A DNA stretch of 20,000 nucleotides. Source: an uncultured virus (IMG/VR IMGVR_UViG_2061766007_000565). Lineage: Duplodnaviria; Heunggongvirae; Uroviricota; Caudoviricetes. A program made the position numbers and the translations under genes. This document shows positions 16,077 to 20,000 of the stretch, piece after piece (position 1 is the stretch's first letter; each line of letters opens with the position of its first letter). The stretch lies in IMG/VR virus record IMGVR_UViG_2061766007_000565; one strand, written 5' to 3'. A model generated the notes under the pieces. It did no database searches and was not told the DNA's origin. It worked only from the letters and a program-made list of their open reading frames with translations.

Positions 16077-16628
16077 ATGGCTTGGCCCGTTATCAAAATC
16101 AACTGCGAGATCGACAAAGACTACCTGGAGCTGCTTGACAGATGCATCAAGGAAGCTCCCAATCTGATCAAGAACGGATCGATCGACAAGAGCGTTTCCA
16201 TCATCGAAGAAGAAGACTACAGGGAACTTATCCGGAAGAAGGCGAACGAACTGTACGGGGAAGTCGCCGCTCTGATGGAAAAGACGAGGGGAGATCTCGG
16301 GAAGTTGGACGTCGCCGCCAGCGTGGTCGAAGAGGACGAAGAATACCCCAACACGTACAAGTTTTCCGAAAACATAGAGCACGCTCTCGAAGATTCCGAA
16401 GAACTGATCTCTGCCTTGGACAAGTTCCTCGACACCGACAACTGGATGGACGTCGAATACGATGGCACCTACGTCGATGACGATGGCGAAACCGAAAACA
16501 TCTACTACAAGTACGCCGGCAACAAATCGGGTTCGTATCGGAGAGGTCGAACGCTCGACATCGAGTTCGAACTCGACAACCTCCTGGACGAACTGAGAAA
16601 GGATACTGCTCGCGTCTATGTAGATTGA
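16077..16628 (+). CDS. Acidic hypothetical protein (183 aa)
   Basis: GAAAGGAG SD; homologous to 10903..11388(-). Confidence 0.8.
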   Translation: MAWPVIKINCEIDKDYLELLDRCIKEAPNLIKNGSIDKSVSIIEEEDYRELIRKKANELYGEVAALMEKTRGDLGKLDVAASVVEEDEEYPNTYKFSENIEHALEDSEELISALDKFLDTDNWMDVEYDGTYVDDDGETENIYYKYAGNKSGSYRRGRTLDIEFELDNLLDELRKDTARVYVD

Positions 16629-16654
16629 TCAACAGGATCGACGTTTCCAATCAC

Positions 16655-16684
16655 AAGCCCGGTCTTCGGACCGGGTTTTCGTTT
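16655..16684 (+). terminator. Intrinsic terminator
   Basis: GCCCGGTC-TTCG-GACCGGGT with a C(UUCG)G loop, followed by TTTCGTTT. Confidence 0.7.
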
Positions 16685-16700
16685 GACCGATGTCATGCCG

Positions 16701-16734
16701 GTTATAAATGTCAGACGACAAGCGCATTTATAAC
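16701..16734. promoter_or_regulatory. Perfect 10-bp inverted repeat upstream of radC (possible operator)
   Basis: GTTATAAATG-N14-CATTTATAAC, just downstream of TTGACC (16683-16688). Confidence 0.45.
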
Positions 16735-16779
16735 TCTGTGGCAATTAAAACCCAAACAACTAAAACGGAGGATCAAGAG

Positions 16780-17431
16780 ATGAATGAATCCACGAACAAC
16801 GCATGGGCTTCGATCGTCAGAGACATCACCTCGAAGGTTCCCAAGAACGATCCGAAGGCGATCGAAAGGCTGAAGAAGGCTGCTCGATACATCGAAAAGT
16901 CCGTCGAGGAGCCAGAAGAAAAGTACCAGGTCCGGAACGGCAGCGATCTCGCGGTTCTCTTCGCGGATCTCAAGGTCGAAGAACAGGAGCATTTCGTCGT
17001 CGTGACTTTCGACGCCGCTCATCATGTCATCGGCCGACACGAAGTCACGATCGGTCTCGTCGACCANNNNNNNNNNAAATGGCAACGATCTCGCGGTTCT
17101 CTTCGCCGACCTCAAGGTCGAAGAACAGGAACATTTCGTCGTCGTGACTTTCGACGCTGCTCATCATGTCATCGGCCGACACGAAGTCACGATCGGTCTC
17201 GTCGACCAGAGTCTTGTCCATCCGCGTGAAGCTTTCAAGTACGCAATCGCGGACAACGCGGTCGCGGTCGCTTTCGCTCACAACCACCCCGGTGGAACCT
17301 GCGAACCCAGTGCGCCGGACGTCCGCTGCACCAACCGACTCGTCGAAGCTGGAGAACTTCTTGGAATCAGGGTGCTCGACCACCTCGTCATCTCCAGGAA
17401 CGGATGGCGTTCCTGCAGGCAGATGGCTTGA
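16780..17431 (+). CDS. radC: RadC-like JAB/MPN domain protein spanning the gap at 17067-17076
   Basis: GGAGG SD before ATG16780. Motifs EQEHFVVV, IGLVDQSLVHPREAFKYAI, AHNHPGGTCEPSAPD and RLVEAGELLGIRVLDHLVI. About 130 nt is duplicated across the gap. Confidence 0.9.
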
Positions 17432-17457
17432 ACCCAACAACAAAAGGAGATCCGACA

Positions 17458-17862
17458 ATGGAAGAAATCAAGTTCATCAAGAAGACCCGCGAGGAACTGA
17501 ACAAGGAACTCGACTCCGTCTTCTTCCATCTCCGCGACATGATCATCGAGATCATGAAGGAATTCGTCGACGACGAGCGTTTCAACAGCGCTCGGATCGC
17601 CGACATGGAAAAGGAACGGTATTTCGGAATCGAAGCGCTTGGCCGGAGGGTCAATCTCTTCGCCAAGATCGACGAGTTCGAGAATGGGTTGGCCGGCGCC
17701 GTCATGTTCGGGGACGAACATCCCGTGTTCTGCTATTCCCCGAACAGCTTTTACGACAGCGGCGAATACGCCCTCTTCCTGATGGAGCTCGAGATCAAGA
17801 GCTACATCAGGCATTGGACGGAAGGAACCGAAGACACTGGATCCGATTGGGAAGAATCCTGA
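17458..17862 (+). CDS. Acidic hypothetical protein (MEEIKFIKK...)
   Basis: AAAAGGAG SD before ATG17458. Confidence 0.75.
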   Translation: MEEIKFIKKTREELNKELDSVFFHLRDMIIEIMKEFVDDERFNSARIADMEKERYFGIEALGRRVNLFAKIDEFENGLAGAVMFGDEHPVFCYSPNSFYDSGEYALFLMELEIKSYIRHWTEGTEDTGSDWEES

Positions 17863-17890
17863 GAGGATCGAACAAACAAAGGAGATCGAC

Positions 17891-19024
17891 ATGAGCAAGA
17901 AGAAGACTACCGTCGAAAAAATCGACGAGAAGTACGGGCACCCTGTCAACTTCAGTGATTTCCGTCGGAAGAGCAGCTTCACCAAGAACAGAAACTCCGA
18001 GATCGAAAAGGCGATCGACAACGATTGCTATGGCGCCTTCCGGATCGCCTGTGCCCTCGATGGCCTTACCTGGAACAAGATCTGCGATCTCCGTTCGATC
18101 GACTATCTTCTTCGCGAGAATGCGAGCAAGATCGTCGGGAAGCTCATCGAGGTCGGCAAGGAAGACAAGACCACGATCGATGTCTGGTCCATTCTTTGCC
18201 GCGTCCTCGAAAAGAAGGGAGCCAACTTCGAAAACGTCGTCCGTGGTTTTGCCGCCTATCCGTTTCTCGAACATAATGAAAAGGTGGAGATGCTCAAGGC
18301 GGCGATGTTTCGCACCCAGTTCGTCCGCGAAGCGTTCGAAGATTGCGGGACCGTCAACCTGATCAGGATCCGCGACTTCTTCGAAGAACTCTTCCCTGGG
18401 GAAAATCTTTTCCCCGCACGCTTCGGGAATTGGACGGACACCAGGGACGGGGAGATCTACAAGACCATTCGCCTCCGGGACACCGAGTGGCTTTGCGCTC
18501 CTCTCAAGTACGGAATGGGCCCTGACGGACTCATCTCCCTGGACGAGTTCAAGAAGAACCGCAATACGATCCTCCCCGATGGATGGCGCCTTCCCACGGA
18601 AGATGATGTCGGTTGCCTCGAGAATGAAAGGCTCGTTCCGGGGGACGCAGACGACACTTCCATCTTCTGCCCTGAGGGCATCGCCCACTGTGCTCTCGTC
18701 GCAAAGGATTCCTTCTGGCCAATCACCGAAGATGACATGACCGACGAAGACTTCGCCGAGTACGGGAGCGAGGAATGGAACCGGCAGATCGGGATGACCG
18801 GCACCGATTTCAGGCCCACTTATGGAACCGGCGACAGCCGTGAGTCCACGGTGATGACGATTCTGTGCACGGGCATCAACGGAAATCGTGGTGTCGGACG
18901 GCTGGCATTTTCCTTGTACAATCATGGATTCGAAGAACCCGAATGCGTCAACAAGCCTTGGCGTTACGACGCAAAGGTCTATGAAAGGTGCTGCCTCCTG
19001 CTCTGCAGGGACAGCAAGAACTGA
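17891..19024 (+). CDS. Unknown N-terminal domain + Fib_succ_major-like domain protein, paralog 3 (377 aa)
   Basis: AAAGGAG SD. Contains GNWTDTRDGEIYKTIRL, LPDGWRLPT, DFRPTYGTGDSRESTVMT and RYDAKVYERCCLLLCRD. Confidence 0.8.
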   Translation: MSKKKTTVEKIDEKYGHPVNFSDFRRKSSFTKNRNSEIEKAIDNDCYGAFRIACALDGLTWNKICDLRSIDYLLRENASKIVGKLIEVGKEDKTTIDVWSILCRVLEKKGANFENVVRGFAAYPFLEHNEKVEMLKAAMFRTQFVREAFEDCGTVNLIRIRDFFEELFPGENLFPARFGNWTDTRDGEIYKTIRLRDTEWLCAPLKYGMGPDGLISLDEFKKNRNTILPDGWRLPTEDDVGCLENERLVPGDADDTSIFCPEGIAHCALVAKDSFWPITEDDMTDEDFAEYGSEEWNRQIGMTGTDFRPTYGTGDSRESTVMTILCTGINGNRGVGRLAFSLYNHGFEEPECVNKPWRYDAKVYERCCLLLCRDSKN

Positions 19025-19044
19025 CAACCAACAAAGGAGATAAG

Positions 19045-19335
19045 ATGGAAAACGAATTCAGTACCACCTTCCGGCAGGACTTCACGATTGCCGACGCGTT
19101 CGGCGAGGATGCGGTAAAGGATACGTTCGATCGAGCTTTCGAAGAATGGAAATCCGACTACCGATACCTCACGGACCTGGTGATCGTTCTCAACCACAAG
19201 TTGTGGGAACATTACGAAAAGGGGAATGAATCTCTGGCCAGGTTGTACGACTCTCTCTGGAAGAAAGCCGATGGCTATGCCATGGACACTCTGAAGGACG
19301 ACGAGTTGGGGTACTTCCTCGATCAGACCGACTAG
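19045..19335 (+). CDS. Conserved phage-type hypothetical protein (96 aa)
   Basis: AAAGGAG SD before ATG19045. The TTF.QDF.IAD.FG..AVKDTF.RAF.EWK..Y.YLT.LV.VLNHK.W pattern is familiar from uncharacterised phage proteins (recall only). Confidence 0.75.
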   Translation: MENEFSTTFRQDFTIADAFGEDAVKDTFDRAFEEWKSDYRYLTDLVIVLNHKLWEHYEKGNESLARLYDSLWKKADGYAMDTLKDDELGYFLDQTD

Positions 19336-19372
19336 GAGGGTGAAACTTCTCAAACTTCTAAAGAAACCAAAA

Positions 19373-19445
19373 GTCCTCATAGCTCAAAAGGATAGAGCAG
19401 GGGTTTCCTAAACCCCAGATCCAGGTTCGATTCCTGGTGGGGACA
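19373..19445 (+). tRNA. tRNA-Arg(CCT)
   Basis: Acceptor GTCCTCA/TGGGGAC, D arm GCTC/GAGC, anticodon arm GGGGT-TTCCTAA-ACCCC, T arm CCAGG-TTCGATT-CCTGG. CCA does not directly follow the discriminator A (next bases are CTCCA). Confidence 0.92.
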
Positions 19446-19504
19446 CTCCACTTTATACTATATTGTGGATAGCGGCAGCCAACACTCAACAAAGGAGAAA
19501 TGAA

Positions 19505-19705
19505 ATGGCTATTCCGAAGACTCTTCGTCCCATCGACAAGAGCAAGGCAGAACGACTCATCGCCAAGAACCTGGAAGCGGGTACCGGCGAATGGGAATAC
19601 TCCACTGGTGAGGGAGACTTCATCTACAAGGTCCCGAGCGGCCGGTACATGATGATCCGCAAGGGGTGGGGTGATTCCTACGAGGGCGGACAGGTGTCCC
19701 TGTAG
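19505..19705 (+). CDS. Hypothetical protein (66 aa, MAIPKTLRP...)
   Basis: AAAGGAG SD before ATG19505. Confidence 0.7.
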   Translation: MAIPKTLRPIDKSKAERLIAKNLEAGTGEWEYSTGEGDFIYKVPSGRYMMIRKGWGDSYEGGQVSL

Positions 19706-19771
19706 GATTAGAAACAACCAACCTGCACAGCAAACAAAACCAACCAACAATCAACAAAGGAGAACAACACA

Positions 19772-20000
19772 ATGTATTTCGAACCCATCGATCTCAACGG
19801 TCTCGAGAAAGCCATCAAGCGTGCCATTGATCTCGCCGCAGAGGAAAAGGATTGGCACGCCGGTGCTCTTTATCCTCCGAAGGATGAAGAGAAGAAGTGC
19901 GANNNNNNNNNNTGAGAAAGCCATCAAGATTGCTCTTGATCGCGCTGCAAAGGAAACGGATTGGCACTCCGGCGCTCTCTATCCTCCGAAGGATGAAGAG
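19772..20000 (+). CDS. Hypothetical protein, partial, two variants across the gap at 19903-19912
   Basis: AAAGGAG SD. MYFEPIDLNGLEKAIKRAIDLAAEEKDWHAGALYPPKDEE is followed after the gap by EKAIKIALDRAAKETDWHSGALYPPKDEE. Confidence 0.65.

Larger units (their letters stand above)
1..20000. mobile_element. Probable phage (or large mobile element) accessory/early gene region
   Basis: Dense co-oriented short hypothetical genes with strong SD sites, an isolated tRNA, RadC, a methyltransferase-nuclease pair and no housekeeping operons. No capsid, terminase, integrase or replication gene is seen, so the element type is inferred. Confidence 0.6.

Noticed and set aside
7357..16734. TATAAAT motifs (near 7358 and 16703) as T4-type late promoters
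   Set aside because: They are not the full TATAAATA consensus, there are only a few instances, and no late genes are nearby.
326..17207. Apparent tandem duplications inside genes (326-435, 8081-8267, 10590-10866, 16935-17207) read as frameshifts or pseudogenes
   Set aside because: Each is centred on an exactly 10-N gap with near-identical sequence on both sides, the signature of scaffolded assembly bubbles. Removing one copy restores a single ORF.
3303..19027. Long antisense ORFs (3303..4550, 5004..6038, 6098..6868, 8829..11141, 17807..19027 and others)
   Set aside because: They shadow well-supported plus-strand genes, lack SD sites and recognisable motifs, and arise from codon bias that depletes antisense stops.
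1..20000. CRISPR array, IS element or integrase
   Set aside because: No regularly spaced direct repeats and no transposase or recombinase motifs were seen, although roughly 600 nt are hidden in N gaps.

Overview
Gappy scaffold window (about ten N-gaps, several flanked by near-duplicate sequence) that looks like the accessory or early region of a large phage or other mobile element. It is a dense array of short, mostly unknown genes, and most have an A/C-rich leader plus a strong AAGGAG Shine-Dalgarno site. No structural, replication or integrase hallmark gene is visible. Recognisable elements are an EcoRI-methylase-family adenine MTase paired with a DUF262(GmrSD)-HNH gene behind a sigma70-type promoter, a RadC/JAB gene, a DUF4314-like gene, a lipoprotein and a tRNA-Arg(CCT). 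The most striking feature is an expanded family of about six loci (plus one allelic fragment) that fuse an unrecognised N-terminal domain to a Fibrobacter succinogenes major paralogous (Fib_succ_major/FISUMP)-like domain. The complete copies have no signal peptide, and the family shows conserved blocks, hypervariable patches and patchy DNA identity between paralogs. There is also a duplicated micro-protein, a tiny basic peptide resembling the N-terminal half of ribosomal bL33, and a locus with two very divergent alleles behind an identical leader. Segment 10877-12310 is an inverted, allelic copy of parts of 14624-16628, and the minus-strand block 12394-14994 may be mis-oriented in the scaffold, so large-scale gene order is unreliable. 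All family assignments are from motif recognition by eye, not database searches.
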